The notes under the pieces: model-generated
The model's database searches: none
Seen by the model: the letters and a program-made list of their open reading frames with translations, nothing else
What the model was told of the DNA's origin: nothing
Origin: Nitrospirota bacterium
GTDB lineage: Bacteria; Nitrospirota; Nitrospiria; Nitrospirales; NS-4
Length of the DNA stretch: 64,000 bases
Assembly (NCBI GenBank): GCA_963788195.1
Contig: CAWBGA010000002.1
Location: forward strand, 288,001-352,000
Direction of reading: 5' to 3'
Program-made: the position numbers and the translations under genes
In this document: positions 20,392-31,331 of the stretch, in pieces
How positions within the stretch are numbered: the first letter of the stretch is position 1
Layout of the letters: the number at the start of each line of letters is the position of its first letter

Positions 20392-21180
20392 ATGATCAGG
20401 GCAATGTGGACTGCGGCATCGGGCATGGCCGCGCAGCAACTCAATATGGACGTGCTGGCGCATAATCTCGCGAACTCCAACACGGTCGGCTTCAAACGCA
20501 GCCGCGCCGACTTTCAGGACATGCTCTACCAAACCTTGCGTTCGCCGGGGGCCAACGCCTCTGCCGCCACGACATTGCCCACAGGCATTCAGCTCGGGAC
20601 GGGCGTGCGCGCGGTGGCGGTCCAGAAAATTTTCTCCCCTGGGAGTCTCCAACAGACACAAAACGACTTAGACCTGGCGATCGAGGGCGACGGCTTCTTT
20701 CAAGTGAGCCGTCCCGACGGGACGATCGCCTATACGCGGAGCGGCGCGTTCAAGAAGAACAGCTCGGGGGCGGTCGTCACATCGGACGGGGATCCGGTGC
20801 TGCCGAATATCACCATTCCTGCGAACACAATCAAGCTCACCATCGGAAGCGACGGCACGGTCTCGGTACTTGCCGCGGGCGCCGTAACGTCGAGCCAAGT
20901 CGGCTCGCTTGAAATCGCGCGTTTCGACAATCCAGGCGGGCTCGACGCGCAGGGCAGCAATTTGTTTCTGCCATCAGGTGCGTCGGGCGATCCGACGACC
21001 GGCGCACCCGGAAGCCCTGGCTTCGGCTCCCTAGCCCAAGGCTTTCTTGAGAGTTCGAACGTAAACATCGCGGAAGAAATGGTCAACATGATCATTGGGC
21101 AACGCAGCTACGAGATTAATGCGAAAGCGGTGCAGACCGCCGATGAGATGCTGCAGACCGCGAACGGGTTGAAGAGATGA
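20392..21180 (+). CDS. flgG: Flagellar distal rod protein FlgG
   Basis: MIRAMWTAASGM, FQDMLYQ, QRSYEINAK. Confidence 0.95.
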   Translation: MIRAMWTAASGMAAQQLNMDVLAHNLANSNTVGFKRSRADFQDMLYQTLRSPGANASAATTLPTGIQLGTGVRAVAVQKIFSPGSLQQTQNDLDLAIEGDGFFQVSRPDGTIAYTRSGAFKKNSSGAVVTSDGDPVLPNITIPANTIKLTIGSDGTVSVLAAGAVTSSQVGSLEIARFDNPGGLDAQGSNLFLPSGASGDPTTGAPGSPGFGSLAQGFLESSNVNIAEEMVNMIIGQRSYEINAKAVQTADEMLQTANGLKR

Positions 21181-21875
21181 TGAAGGTGCGTAGCACATCC
21201 CAGCTAGTGGTGTTAGGGATCCTGATTGTTGGCGTCTTGTATGGCGCGCCCGGCTTTGCGGCCGACAAGATAGTGATGTCTCAAGAAGAGGTTGTCATCT
21301 CAGCGCTACGCGCGTACGTCGCGCATGGCTTGCAGATAGAGCCGGCGGCTGTGACGATCCGCATCATGTCCTCCCTGGATGGGCTTGCCATCCGTCCACG
21401 CGCCAAGATCAGCCATATCGGCCTGGGAAGTCCTCTCGGTCGAGTGACGTTTGTGATCGGATTGGCCCGCGTGCAGGCCCAGGTGGAGGCGGTCAAGGAT
21501 GTGGCCGTAGCCTCCCGTTTTCTGCGTCGCAATCAGCTTTTGGAGGAGGCAGACGTCGTCATGGCCACCGTACGGATGATCCGCCCGGACACCCGCTACA
21601 TGGGGAACCCGGATCTGGCAGTGGGCCAACGTGTGACGCGGAGTCTTCCCGCTCGCGTTCCCATCACCGAGGAGGCGCTCGGCAAGCCCTTCGCCATCCG
21701 ACAGGGCGCGCGCATTACGATTCAATTTGTGCAGGGACCTCTCAAGGTTCTCGCGCTCGGCATCGCCAAGGAGGATGGAGTGGCAGGGATGAACATCCGG
21801 GTGTCCAATCTGGATTCTAAAAAAGAGTTATCGGCCCGGGTGGTGGACGGCGACACGGTCCAGGTAGGACCATAG
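21177..21875 (+). CDS. flgA: P-ring assembly chaperone FlgA
   Basis: Signal peptide, SAF-like region, G.A.EDG..G..IRV.N..S; position between flgG and flgH. Confidence 0.85.
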   Translation: MMKVRSTSQLVVLGILIVGVLYGAPGFAADKIVMSQEEVVISALRAYVAHGLQIEPAAVTIRIMSSLDGLAIRPRAKISHIGLGSPLGRVTFVIGLARVQAQVEAVKDVAVASRFLRRNQLLEEADVVMATVRMIRPDTRYMGNPDLAVGQRVTRSLPARVPITEEALGKPFAIRQGARITIQFVQGPLKVLALGIAKEDGVAGMNIRVSNLDSKKELSARVVDGDTVQVGP

Positions 21876-21877
21876 TC

Positions 21878-22606
21878 ATGGAGGCCTTAGTGACACAACA
21901 TCGGCATCCCGTGCTCGCCACGGCATTGATCCCTATCGCAGCGATGGTCCTGTTCGGCGGATGTTCCTGGGTAAATCCCAGCGTGACAAAGACGCCGCCG
22001 CCCAAGGAGGCTTCAACTGTGCCGACTGTCTCGCAGGGGACGACCGCCTCACTCTGGAATGATAACGGAGAGATGGCCCGACTCTATTCGGATAACCGGG
22101 CTTCACGAGTTGGGGACATTGTCACGATCCGTATTACGGAAAACGCGAGCGGCGCGAAGTCGGCGACGACCAAGACATCCAAAGACAGCTCGCTAGATGG
22201 CTCGATTAAGGGTGCGTTCAAAAGTTTCTTCGGCATCGCCGGTCAAGCGCTCTCGTTTCTGTCTCCCGAGGCTTCCGGGAAGGTGACGATGAAGGATAGT
22301 TATGCGGGAAATGGCGCGACGACCCGCAACGACCAGTTGACGGCGAGCATGACCGCTATGGTCACGGAAGTGTATCCCAACGGCAACCTCAGGATTCTCG
22401 GCCATCGTGAAGTCGTGGTGAATAGTGAACGCCAGACGATGGAAGTGACCGGCATTATCCGTCCCATTGATGTGGATTCAAGGAACGTCGTGCCGTCGAC
22501 CGCCATTGCGGATGCGAAGATATCCTATACCGGTTTCGGAGTCGTGGACGACAAACAGCACCCGGGTTGGTTTGCGCGGGTTTTCAATTTTATCTCTCCA
22601 TTCTGA
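21878..22606 (+). CDS. flgH: L-ring lipoprotein FlgH
   Basis: Lipobox FGGC; RVGDIVTI, PNGNL, GIIRP.D, IADAKISY. Confidence 0.95.
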   Translation: MEALVTQHRHPVLATALIPIAAMVLFGGCSWVNPSVTKTPPPKEASTVPTVSQGTTASLWNDNGEMARLYSDNRASRVGDIVTIRITENASGAKSATTKTSKDSSLDGSIKGAFKSFFGIAGQALSFLSPEASGKVTMKDSYAGNGATTRNDQLTASMTAMVTEVYPNGNLRILGHREVVVNSERQTMEVTGIIRPIDVDSRNVVPSTAIADAKISYTGFGVVDDKQHPGWFARVFNFISPF

Positions 22607-22660
22607 AAACAATTCTGTCCTGGTCTAGAAGCATAAGCCGAAGGTAAAAAGGACCTGACA

Positions 22661-23866
22661 ATGACAAAAACGATGTTCACTAAAAAACCTCTGATCGCGC
22701 CGACCCTCGTACTAACGCGTCGCATCCTTACGGGCGGCGTGTACCGCCGACGACGGAACGGTTCTCTGGCTATCCTGCTGCTGCTGGTGTTTGCGGCAAC
22801 CGCCGCCGATGCCTCCCGCATCAAGGATGTGGCGAGCATTGAGGGGGTACGCGAGAACCAGTTGATCGGGTACGGGCTGGTCAGCGGGTTAAGAACTACC
22901 GGCGACAGCGTCGTCGGAGCGCCGTTCACGATCCAAAGCTTGATCAGCATGATGAACCGGATGGGCGTCAATCTCACCCTGGATCCGAAACAGATCACAG
23001 CGAAAAATGTGGCCGCCGTTATCGTGACGGCCAGGCTGCCGCCCTTTGCCAAGCCGGGAACCCAAATAGACGTCATTGTCTCTTCCATTGGAGACTCCAA
23101 AAGCTTGCAAGGCGGCACTCTTCTGATGACTCCACTGAAGGCGCCCGACGGGCAGATCTATGCAGTCGCGCAGGGGCCCGTGACACTGGGAGGATTTATC
23201 GGAGGCAAGGCCGGGGACACCACGTCAAAAAATCATAGCACCGTGGGTCGGGTTCCGAACGGGGCGATCGTGGAGCGGGAAGTGACCGTAGATCTCGCCT
23301 CCTGGGAATCGATCTCTGTCGTGTTGCATCAGCCCGACTTTACGACGGCCCTTCGTCTCTCGGAAGCCGTCGACCACGTGTTCGGCAAGGACACTGCGTT
23401 GCCTGTGAGCGCGGGCGTTGTCCGGGTGGCGCTGCCGAAAGACTATCAGGGACGAATTGTGCAGTACCTGGCCGCCGTCGAAGGCCTTGATATCGAAGTG
23501 GATCAGCGGGCGCGCGTCGTGGTCAACGAGCGCACCGGCACGGTGGTCATGGGGGGTCATGTGCGGATCTCCACGGTCGCAGTGGCACACGGGAATATCA
23601 CGATTCAGGTCAAAACGAAGCTGGATGTCTCTCAGCCCGCCGCTCCGTTGATCGGAAATGCTGCCGGCCAAACCGTCGTGACCCCGGAGGTGGAGACCAC
23701 TGTGAAAGAAGATCCGGCGCGATTCATGCTGCTTGAGCAGTCTGTGACGCTGAGCGATGTCGTTCGCGGTCTGAACTCCGTCGGCATCACGCCTCGAGAC
23801 ATTGTGGCCATTCTGCAAGCGCTCAAAGCAGCCGGCGCGCTGCAGGCGGACTTGGAGGTCATATAA
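22661..23866 (+). CDS. flgI: P-ring protein FlgI
   Basis: RIKD, NQLIGYGLV, SLQGGTLLMT, LKAAGAL. Confidence 0.95.
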   Translation: MTKTMFTKKPLIAPTLVLTRRILTGGVYRRRRNGSLAILLLLVFAATAADASRIKDVASIEGVRENQLIGYGLVSGLRTTGDSVVGAPFTIQSLISMMNRMGVNLTLDPKQITAKNVAAVIVTARLPPFAKPGTQIDVIVSSIGDSKSLQGGTLLMTPLKAPDGQIYAVAQGPVTLGGFIGGKAGDTTSKNHSTVGRVPNGAIVEREVTVDLASWESISVVLHQPDFTTALRLSEAVDHVFGKDTALPVSAGVVRVALPKDYQGRIVQYLAAVEGLDIEVDQRARVVVNERTGTVVMGGHVRISTVAVAHGNITIQVKTKLDVSQPAAPLIGNAAGQTVVTPEVETTVKEDPARFMLLEQSVTLSDVVRGLNSVGITPRDIVAILQALKAAGALQADLEVI

Positions 23867-24258
23867 TGGATATTCTCGGGATTCAATCTCTTATCCCGTC
23901 CGGCCCTTCCATTGCAATCCCGGTTGAGCCCTCCGCGGGCGACCCAAGACTGCGGCCCGAGCCGACCGCGGCAGAGCGGGCCAAGTTTAAGAAAGCAGCG
24001 ACAGAATTCGAGTCGTTCCTCCTGTACTACATGCTCAAAACGATGCGCCAGGCTGTCCCCAAAGGGGGGTTACTTGATACCAAGGTAGCGGACACCTATG
24101 TTGGCTTCCTTGATCAAGAAGTCGCCAATCAAGCGGCAAAACAAGGCGGATTTGGTTTGGCCAAGACTCTCGAACAGCAAATGTTCCCTAAGCGCCCGGA
24201 CACCTTAAGTTTTCAGGCACTCCCTCCGATAAAACCTACTGAACAGGAGGGACGCTAA
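23866..24258 (+). CDS. flgJ: Rod-capping protein FlgJ (short form, no muramidase domain)
   Basis: AATEFES..MLKTMR...GFGLA. Confidence 0.85.
   Translation: MDILGIQSLIPSGPSIAIPVEPSAGDPRLRPEPTAAERAKFKKAATEFESFLLYYMLKTMRQAVPKGGLLDTKVADTYVGFLDQEVANQAAKQGGFGLAKTLEQQMFPKRPDTLSFQALPPIKPTEQEGR
24206..24232 (+). promoter_or_regulatory. Sigma28 promoter TAAG-N15-TCCGATAA for flgM
   Basis: Near-consensus FliA site inside the flgJ 3' end. Confidence 0.8.
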
Positions 24259-24567
24259 ATGAATATTTCCGACAAGGGCCATATTAACGACCTGGCGGGG
24301 CTGCTTTCCGGCCTGCAGGATGTGACCAAGATCAGTAAGAAGGTGTCGAAAGTCGAGCCGAAGGCGGATCAACAAGACAAGGTCCGTATCTCAACCCAGG
24401 CCAAAGAGTTTCAACGCGCGTATGAGCTCATCAACAAAACCCCTGATATTCGCGCGGACAAAGTGGCGCCCCTGGAAGAAGCGATCAAGACCGGGACGTA
24501 TAACGTGCGCGGCGAGCAGGTCGCGAACAAGTTGATCGAGCAGACTATCCTCGACACCATTCTCTAA
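24259..24567 (+). CDS. flgM: Anti-sigma28 factor FlgM
   Basis: DKVRIS, R.DKV..L..AI..GTY.V...VA.KL. Confidence 0.9.
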   Translation: MNISDKGHINDLAGLLSGLQDVTKISKKVSKVEPKADQQDKVRISTQAKEFQRAYELINKTPDIRADKVAPLEEAIKTGTYNVRGEQVANKLIEQTILDTIL

Positions 24568-24585
24568 GGTCTATAAGGAGAGATC

Positions 24586-25101
24586 GTGAGCACATCTTCC
24601 GCGTTTGCGGTGAAGGCATTGGAGGACGCTCTCGATATCGAATCCGAGCTTCAGAGCGAGCTGGCCGCGGTGCTCACCGATGAGCAGCAGCTCCTGACGA
24701 AGATGTCCCTGGAAGAGCTGCCCCGGCTGCAGGTGCAGAAGGAAGCGGTGCTCGAACGCCTTGGAAAGCAGACGCAGAATCTGAAAGCTTGCATAAAAGG
24801 CTTGGCGCAAGCGTTCAAGCTTCCCGAATCCGAAAGCCAAAGCTTGTCGCATATCGCAGGTTTTCTCAATGAGCAGGATCGCATTCGGTTGCGAAAAGCT
24901 CAACAAGAGCTTAACTCGCTGACCGGCAAGGTCCGCGATCAAAATCTGATCAACGATCGGTTGATTCATGGATCCATGTCGTATGTCAGCCAGTATCTGA
25001 CTCTGCTTCGGGGCTTTGTCGCGCAGCCGGCGGGGTATCTCTCGAATGGCATCGTGCCAGAGCATCAGAAAAGCGGCCGAATTCTCGCCCTCAGAGGATA
25101 G
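24586..25101 (+). CDS. flgN: Export chaperone FlgN
   Basis: Helical protein with N..N..LI motif between flgM and flgK. Confidence 0.8.
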   Translation: MSTSSAFAVKALEDALDIESELQSELAAVLTDEQQLLTKMSLEELPRLQVQKEAVLERLGKQTQNLKACIKGLAQAFKLPESESQSLSHIAGFLNEQDRIRLRKAQQELNSLTGKVRDQNLINDRLIHGSMSYVSQYLTLLRGFVAQPAGYLSNGIVPEHQKSGRILALRG

Positions 25102-25135
25102 CCTCCCTTCGGTCAATCTTTAGGAAAGGCTTACC

Positions 25136-27147
25136 ATGGCTGGTATCTTAAGCATCTTTAACACTGGGGCAAACAGCCTGCTGGCGCATCAGCGCGCCCT
25201 TCAGGTGGTAAGTCAAAACCTCGCTAATCTGAATACCCCCGGCTTCTCCCGGCAGGAAGCGGTGTTCGCGCCCACGGAGAGCGTCACCGTCGGGAGGACC
25301 ACAATCGGCACGGGCGTTGAGGTCACTCGGATTCGCCAGGTGGTGAATACCTTTGTAGAGCAGCAAATCAATGTGTCCCAGCAGGACCTCGGGCGCTTGC
25401 AGACCCAGGCGGACAGTTTTGTTCGTTTGGAAGGATTGTTTCCCGACACGGTCACCCAGGGTCTGAACAAGGCTCTAACGGATTTTTTCAATTCTTTCCG
25501 AGACGTCTCTGTTAGCCCCGAAGGATTCACTCAGCGGACCGTTCTGTTGAACAAGGCCACAGCCTTGACGGATCAGTTCAACAAGGCAGCGACCGCTTTG
25601 AGCCAGCTCCGCAGAGATTTGAACACGCAGGTCGCGCAGACCATCACGGACGTGAACAGCAAGGCTTCACAGATAGCCGGCCTGAACAGCAAGATTTCCC
25701 TCGCCGAGGCGAGCGGCCAGACCGCGAACGATCTTCGGGATCAGCGCGGCCAACTGCTGCACGAGTTGGGCAAGCAGATTGAAATTCATACGTTCGAGGA
25801 TGCGAGCGGACAGGTCGCGGTGTTTGTCGGCCGGGGCAGTCTTCTGATAGAGCGCAATACCAGCTATGCGTTGGACGGGGACGTCGTCGGCTTCAAACGG
25901 CGGGTTTCTCAATGTGTATTACAAAGGGACCGACATTTCAGGGTCTATCGGAAATGGAGCGCTCAAGGGATTAATAAGCCAGCGCGACACGAATATTCCC
26001 AATGTCCTTGCTCAGATCGACACGCTGTCAGCGTCCCTGATCAATGAGGTGAACAAGGTTCACATCAATGGCTATGGTCTCGACGGCAGCACCGGCAACG
26101 ATTTCTTCTCGCCGCTTTCCGTCACAGCGGCAGCCAAGAGCGCAAACACCGGCACGGCAACGATCGGTAGCGGCGCAATCACGGCGAACAGCCTGCTGAC
26201 CATGCATAACTACGAGATCCGGTTTTCATCGCCGACCGCCTATTCCATTGTCGACGTCACTACGGGCGGGACAATCAAGGGGAATTACACGGGAACCGCC
26301 ATCACCGCACCGACGGCGAGCGCGCCTGTCCTCGTTACCACCGGCACGAACGACACCTTGAACGTTACCGTGGACGGCGTCGCATCCGGCGTCATCACGC
26401 TAACCGGCGCGGCGGCTCCGGGCAAAGCTTACCCGAGCGGCTCCGACCTGGCCACCGAGCTTCAGACGCAAATTAATGCTGACGCCACGCTTGTGGCCGC
26501 CGGCAAGAACGTCACGGTGTCCTTCGATACCACGACTAACCGGCTTGTCATTGCTTCAACGTCGTCCGCCGCGACCTCCGCCGTCAACGTCACCGCGGGC
26601 AGCGCCCGGGCGACCCTGGGGCTCCTGACCGGCACCAGCACCGCGGCGTCCGGCACCTATGGATCTCCAACAACTTTCAACTTCGACGGCATCAGTGCGC
26701 GAGATCTCAGGGACGAACGCTGCCGACGACGTCTTCGTCGTGAATACGACGACGGATACGGCCAAGAACCTGGTAGTCGCGTTGACCGATCCGAACAAGG
26801 TCGCGGCCTCGGCAACCCAATCGGGGCTTCCGGGAGACAGTACGAACGCCTTTACGATCATCGCGCTGCAGAACCAGGCCCTTGCGACGCTTGGGAACGG
26901 GACAATGACGACGTACTATAGCTCGGTAGCCTCGACGGTCGGCTCCAGCGCGCGAGCCAATAAGGACGCCCTCCGCGCCCAGGAAGCAATCCAGAACCAA
27001 TTGGACAACCTTCGCGGCGAGTCATCGGGCGTCTCAATAGACGAGGAGTTGACCAAGATGCTCGAGTACCAGCGTCTGTATCAGGCCTCGGCGCGATTGG
27101 TGACGGTCGCAGATGAACTCCTGCAGACGCTCCTGGCGATTAAATAG
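25136..27147 (+). CDS. flgK: Hook-associated protein FlgK with inserted domains; two frameshifts
   Basis: NLANLNTPGFSRQ, NDLRDQR, SGVSIDEE..YQASAR. Confidence 0.9.
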
Positions 27148-27158
27148 CGGAGAAACCC

Positions 27159-29642
27159 ATGCGCGTATCGGATTCGGCAAATTTCGCCAACACCATTTTC
27201 CACCTGCAACAGGCTCACGGTCGGCTGGCCGACACCCAGCAACAAATCGCGAGCGGCAAGCGGATCCAAAGGGCTTCTGATGATCCCATCGGCTTCGGGA
27301 AAGCGCTCGACTACCGCACGACAGTGGCGACGCTGGAGCAGCGACAGAGCGGCGCCACGCTCGCTATCCAGCCAATTAAACGAAGTGGACAGCGTCCTCC
27401 AGAGCGCCAGCCAAACCGTTCTGGCCCGCGCCGAAGAGCTCGCGGTCGCAATGACGAATTCCACCAACGGCGCGGACGAGCGCAGGGCCGCTGCGGATGA
27501 ACTCAAAGGCCTGATCGAACAGATGCTCACTCTCGCCAACAGCAAATTGGGAGACCGCTCTCTTTTTTCCGGCGCGACGACGAGAGGGCAATTGGTGGGG
27601 ACGGCAATCGCTTCACCGAGCGCGGGGGCGCCAGCGACGATTACGGCGGGTAGTAATGACACGTTGACCCTCAAGGTGGATGGCGTTTCATCCGGCAGCC
27701 TCACGCTTACTGCGGGCAATTACGCAAGCGGGGACGCCTTGGCAGCTGAAGTCCAAGCCAGAGCGAATGCCGATGCCACTCTTACTGCCGCGGGCAAATC
27801 GGTGCAGGTCAGCTTCACAGCAGGTCATCTGGTCATCGCCTCGAACTCCTATGGAAGTTCCTCCACGGTCACCGTCACGGCGGGTCGGCCCGCCGAAGCA
27901 TCGGTCTCGCCGGCGGCACGATCTCCAACGGAGCGGATCCTTTCAGTCTCGCGGTACAGACCGGAGAAGCCGCGCGCAATACCGGGGGGGCCGTGGTGAG
28001 CCCGGGCCTGGTGACCGATGCCAGCAAGCTCACCTTTAACGATTATCTACTCAAGTTCACAAGCGCGACGACCTACAACATCTACAATGCCAACACTCCT
28101 GTTGTGGCCGCCGGAGCGGCGGCGAATACCGGCGGTGGGATCGTGAGCAAGACGGCTGTCAACGATCCCGGCCAGGTGACCTTGGACAGCTATGAGGTGC
28201 GGTTCAAGAACATCTCCACGGTGCAGACGGGAGTCAATGACACGATTCGATTTGATCCGGGGACCGGCGCCGTGACGGCGACGCTTGCCGCCGGAGAGTA
28301 CACGGGCGCCCAGTTGGCTGCGCAAATCAAGTCCGCGCTGGAAACCGTGAGCGGCGGCAAGACGTACACGGTGGCCTTCAACGAAACGCACCGCCAAGTA
28401 CAGCGTGACCAACGACCTTGCGAACGCGACGTCCCTGAGCCTGCTCTTCAGCGACCCGCTTTCCACCGCGACGGCGCTGGGCGGCTTCAATGCATCGGAC
28501 AAGACAGGGATATCCGCGGGGACTGCCGTCACCAGCGATGTGGACACGACCGGCGCGGCGGGGGTGACGAAACAATCCAATGTCTTCAACGTCAGCGCTG
28601 GAACCAACGTTTTGAATATCACCGCGGAGAACAACACTCTGGTCGTCAACGATACGGCCGGCGGCGCGGGCTCTGACACAATTCTCACGCTGGCGGTGGG
28701 GAGCTATACCGGCGCTCAGCTGGCGACCGAAGTGGCGGCAAAGTTGAACGCGAGCCGGGATACCGCGAATACCGTCGCATATACGGTTTCCTACGCGTCC
28801 CGGCGCTTCACGATTAACGATCCCGCTCTTAACGCCAATAGCTTGATTCTGAAGTTCGGCGATGCCCGATCGACCGCGGCACAGATCTTGGGGTCGACGC
28901 CGATCACGGTCACGGATACGGTTGGTGCATCCACCACCACGCTCAATAGCGACGCCGGCAACAGTCTCTATGCGAGCGACGGGAATATCGACTTTGATGG
29001 ACTGCGCGTGGCGATCAAGGACGGCGGCTCGACCATCAGAAATGGCGACGTGTTCACGTGCAAACCAAGCGGCTACGGTGATCTCCTCCAATCTATACGC
29101 GTCGAAGGCGATAGTGGCTTTCGACGGCCTCCAATTGTCGATTGACGGCACCGGCGCCACAGCGCCGAGTCGCGGGGGATATTTTTAGGGTCCTGAGTAA
29201 ACAACAGTACAACGGCGATACAAACGACAGTGCCATTGAAATTGGAAACAACGTCACGACCGCGACCCTGCTCAACGGCGACAGCGTCTTCGTGGGGTCA
29301 AGGGGCGGGACGGATGTGTTTGCTGCCTTGCAGTCGTTGACCAGGGCCCTTAGCTCCAACAACGTGGACGGAATTCAGACGGCCCATGCCGCCTTGACGA
29401 ACGCCCACAACCAGGTTCTCCAGTCCCAAGGGACCGTCGGAGCCCGAACCAACCGTCTGCAAGGTATCCAGGACGGGTTGGGCCAATCCAAGGCCGACAT
29501 CGAAACATTGCTGTCCGGCATCGAAGATATTGATTTTGCAAAGGCAGCGTCGGATTTGACCATCCAGCAACTGGCCCTTCAGGCCGCTGCGCAATCGGCC
29601 AGTCGCGTGCTGCAGACCTCGCTGCTGGATTTTCTAAGGTAG
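27159..29642 (+). CDS. flgL: Hook-associated protein FlgL, very long (~820 codons); multiple frameshifts
   Basis: MRVS..SGKRI..ASDDP N-terminus; GARTNRL..EDIDFA..SLLDFLR C-terminus. Confidence 0.9.
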
Positions 29643-29669
29643 CGCTCTCCCGGCTCGACCCCGTCACTC

Positions 29670-29697
29670 TTAAGTATTTACTTAAAAATACCGCTAT
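29670..29697 (+). promoter_or_regulatory. Possible sigma28 promoter TAAG-N15-ACCGCTAT overlapping the palindrome TTAAGTA-TT-TACTTAA, upstream of csrA
   Basis: Spacing fits with one mismatch in the -10 core; perfect 7-bp inverted repeat. Confidence 0.45.
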
Positions 29698-29730
29698 ATC
29701 ATCAGGACATCTAGCCATGGAGGGCGCCAT

Positions 29731-29983
29731 ATGTTGGTCCTGACACGGAAGTTGGGAGAAGGAATTGCCATCGGGAGCCGGAATCCGCGTGGTAGTTCTT
29801 GGTATTCGCGGTAACCAGGTCCGATTGGGAATCGAGGCGCCGCAGCACACAGAAATCTACCGCGATGAAATCTACACGAAAATCATTTCCGAGAACCGGC
29901 GCGCCGCAGAAGGCATGAGCGGCCATGCCGCACTCCCGCCAAGCTTAAGTCCCGGAATATGGCAACCAAGGAGCAAACTGTGA
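29731..29983 (+). CDS. csrA: Carbon storage regulator CsrA; one frameshift near 29775
   Basis: MLVLTRKLGEGIAIG joins IRVVVLGIRGNQVRLGIEAP..IYRDEIY..I..EN. Confidence 0.9.
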
Positions 29984-30431
29984 AACTAATGACAACGCGA
30001 TTTGGGGCAATCGAGGTTCCCGATAAGGATGTCGTATTCTTTTCATTCGGAGTCCTGGGATTCCCCGAAGTGCGGCGCTATGTGCTTGTGGACCACGATG
30101 GGAATACTCCGCTTAAGTGGTTGCAAGCCGTCGACAAGCCCGAACTCGCTTTCCCTATCGTCCAGGCAACGGATCTTGTGGAAGATTATCACATCACCGT
30201 TCCGCCCGATGAGCTGGCAGCGCTGGGAATGGAGGCCATCACGCAACTTCAGGCGTATGTGATTCTCACCATTCCGCAAGGGGCGCCGGAACGAACGACG
30301 GCGAATCTGAAAGCGCCGATTCTGATGAATCCGACGACCCATCTTGCCCGGCAAGTCCTGGCCGCGGAGGATTATCCCATCCGCTACATCTCTCGGAAAC
30401 GCAACCGGTCACCACAGAATGCGCCGAATGA
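29980..30431 (+). CDS. fliW: Flagellar assembly factor FliW; frameshift near the 3' end
   Basis: TTRFG, GVLGF, WLQAVD.PELAF, TANLKAPI; likely stop TGA at 30429-31. Confidence 0.9.
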
Positions 30432-30905
30432 TACCCGATCGGCCGGACGCCATCTTGCGAAGGGACGAGACCATTCTCCGACCGAGGGCGGCATTGCAGC
30501 GGGCCGGCAAAGAGCGGTCGAGGCTCTCGCGCAAGCGGGTCTACATGGGGCGCCGCTTTTCTCAATCGAACTGTGCATTCAGGAAGCTCTCGTCAACGCC
30601 TTCGTCCATGGCATACGCGCAGAGCGGGGAATCCAAGATCCGGCTTGCATATGCGCTCGGGAATGAGTGGGTACGGGTGGATGTGGAGGATAACGGCTGC
30701 GGGTTCGGGGAGACGCACCACCTCGGGGTCAATAACCTGCAGGAGCCAGGCGCGCGGGGTTTATCATTGATTCAGAGCCTTCACGTCACGCATGCATTAT
30801 GAAGGCAACATCATCTCAATGGAGCTGGATCTCGACGCCGATCCGGCCTCAAGTTTAGAGCAGATTGGGACGATGCTAGACGCAGAGGAAGGACTTCTTT
30901 GTTGA
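30428..30905 (+). CDS. RsbW/SpoIIAB-like anti-sigma Ser/Thr kinase (HATPase_c_2); frameshifted
   Basis: ELCIQEALVNAFVHG, VEDNGCGF and GARGLSLI found in successive frames. Confidence 0.75.
30850..30876 (+). promoter_or_regulatory. Possible sigma28 promoter CAAG-N15-GACGATGC upstream of the STAS gene
   Basis: Motif and spacing match the other sites, with a weaker -10. Confidence 0.45.
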
Positions 30906-30922
30906 AGCAGGAAACACCCGTA

Positions 30923-31303
30923 ATGCCGGAGACCTCAATGCAGATCGAGCGGTCGGTCTTCAAAGGGGCCATTGTCGTCAGGATCGAGGGTCGCTTTGAA
31001 TTCGGCACCCGTCAAGAGTATAAGCGCTTGATCGGCCAGATCGTGCAAGAAGGGCATCGGCGCTTGGTCGTAGATCTGGAAGGGGTCACGTTTCTGGACA
31101 GTTCCGCACTGGGGCTGCTTCTCCTCACCCACCAGAACTTCAAACTCAAGAAAGGCACGGTGAGCCTGGTCAAGCCGACCGGCTATGTCCGCCAGGTGAT
31201 CGAGCTGGCAAATCTCCCGCGTGTCATCCCCGTCTTTGATTCCATAATCGAGGCAACGGCTGAGCCGGCGGAGAAAGTTGTGCTTCGTTCGCCGATAGGC
31301 TGA
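30923..31303 (+). CDS. STAS-domain anti-sigma-factor antagonist
   Basis: VVDLEGVTFLDSSALGLLL containing the phosphorylatable Ser. Confidence 0.9.
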   Translation: MPETSMQIERSVFKGAIVVRIEGRFEFGTRQEYKRLIGQIVQEGHRRLVVDLEGVTFLDSSALGLLLLTHQNFKLKKGTVSLVKPTGYVRQVIELANLPRVIPVFDSIIEATAEPAEKVVLRSPIG

Positions 31304-31331
31304 GCATACCGATTCTTCAATAAGGAACGCC

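Noticed and set aside
29959..30666. Apparent FliW-HATPase fusion ORF (235 aa)
   Set aside because: A shifted frame gives a normal FliW stop overlapping an ATG (ATGA 30428-31) and the kinase motifs are spread over several frames, so indels explain the fusion
31274..31298. AAAG...GCCGATAG upstream of the REC-HD-GYP gene
   Set aside because: Spacer is only 13 nt and lies within the STAS coding end; not counted as a promoter
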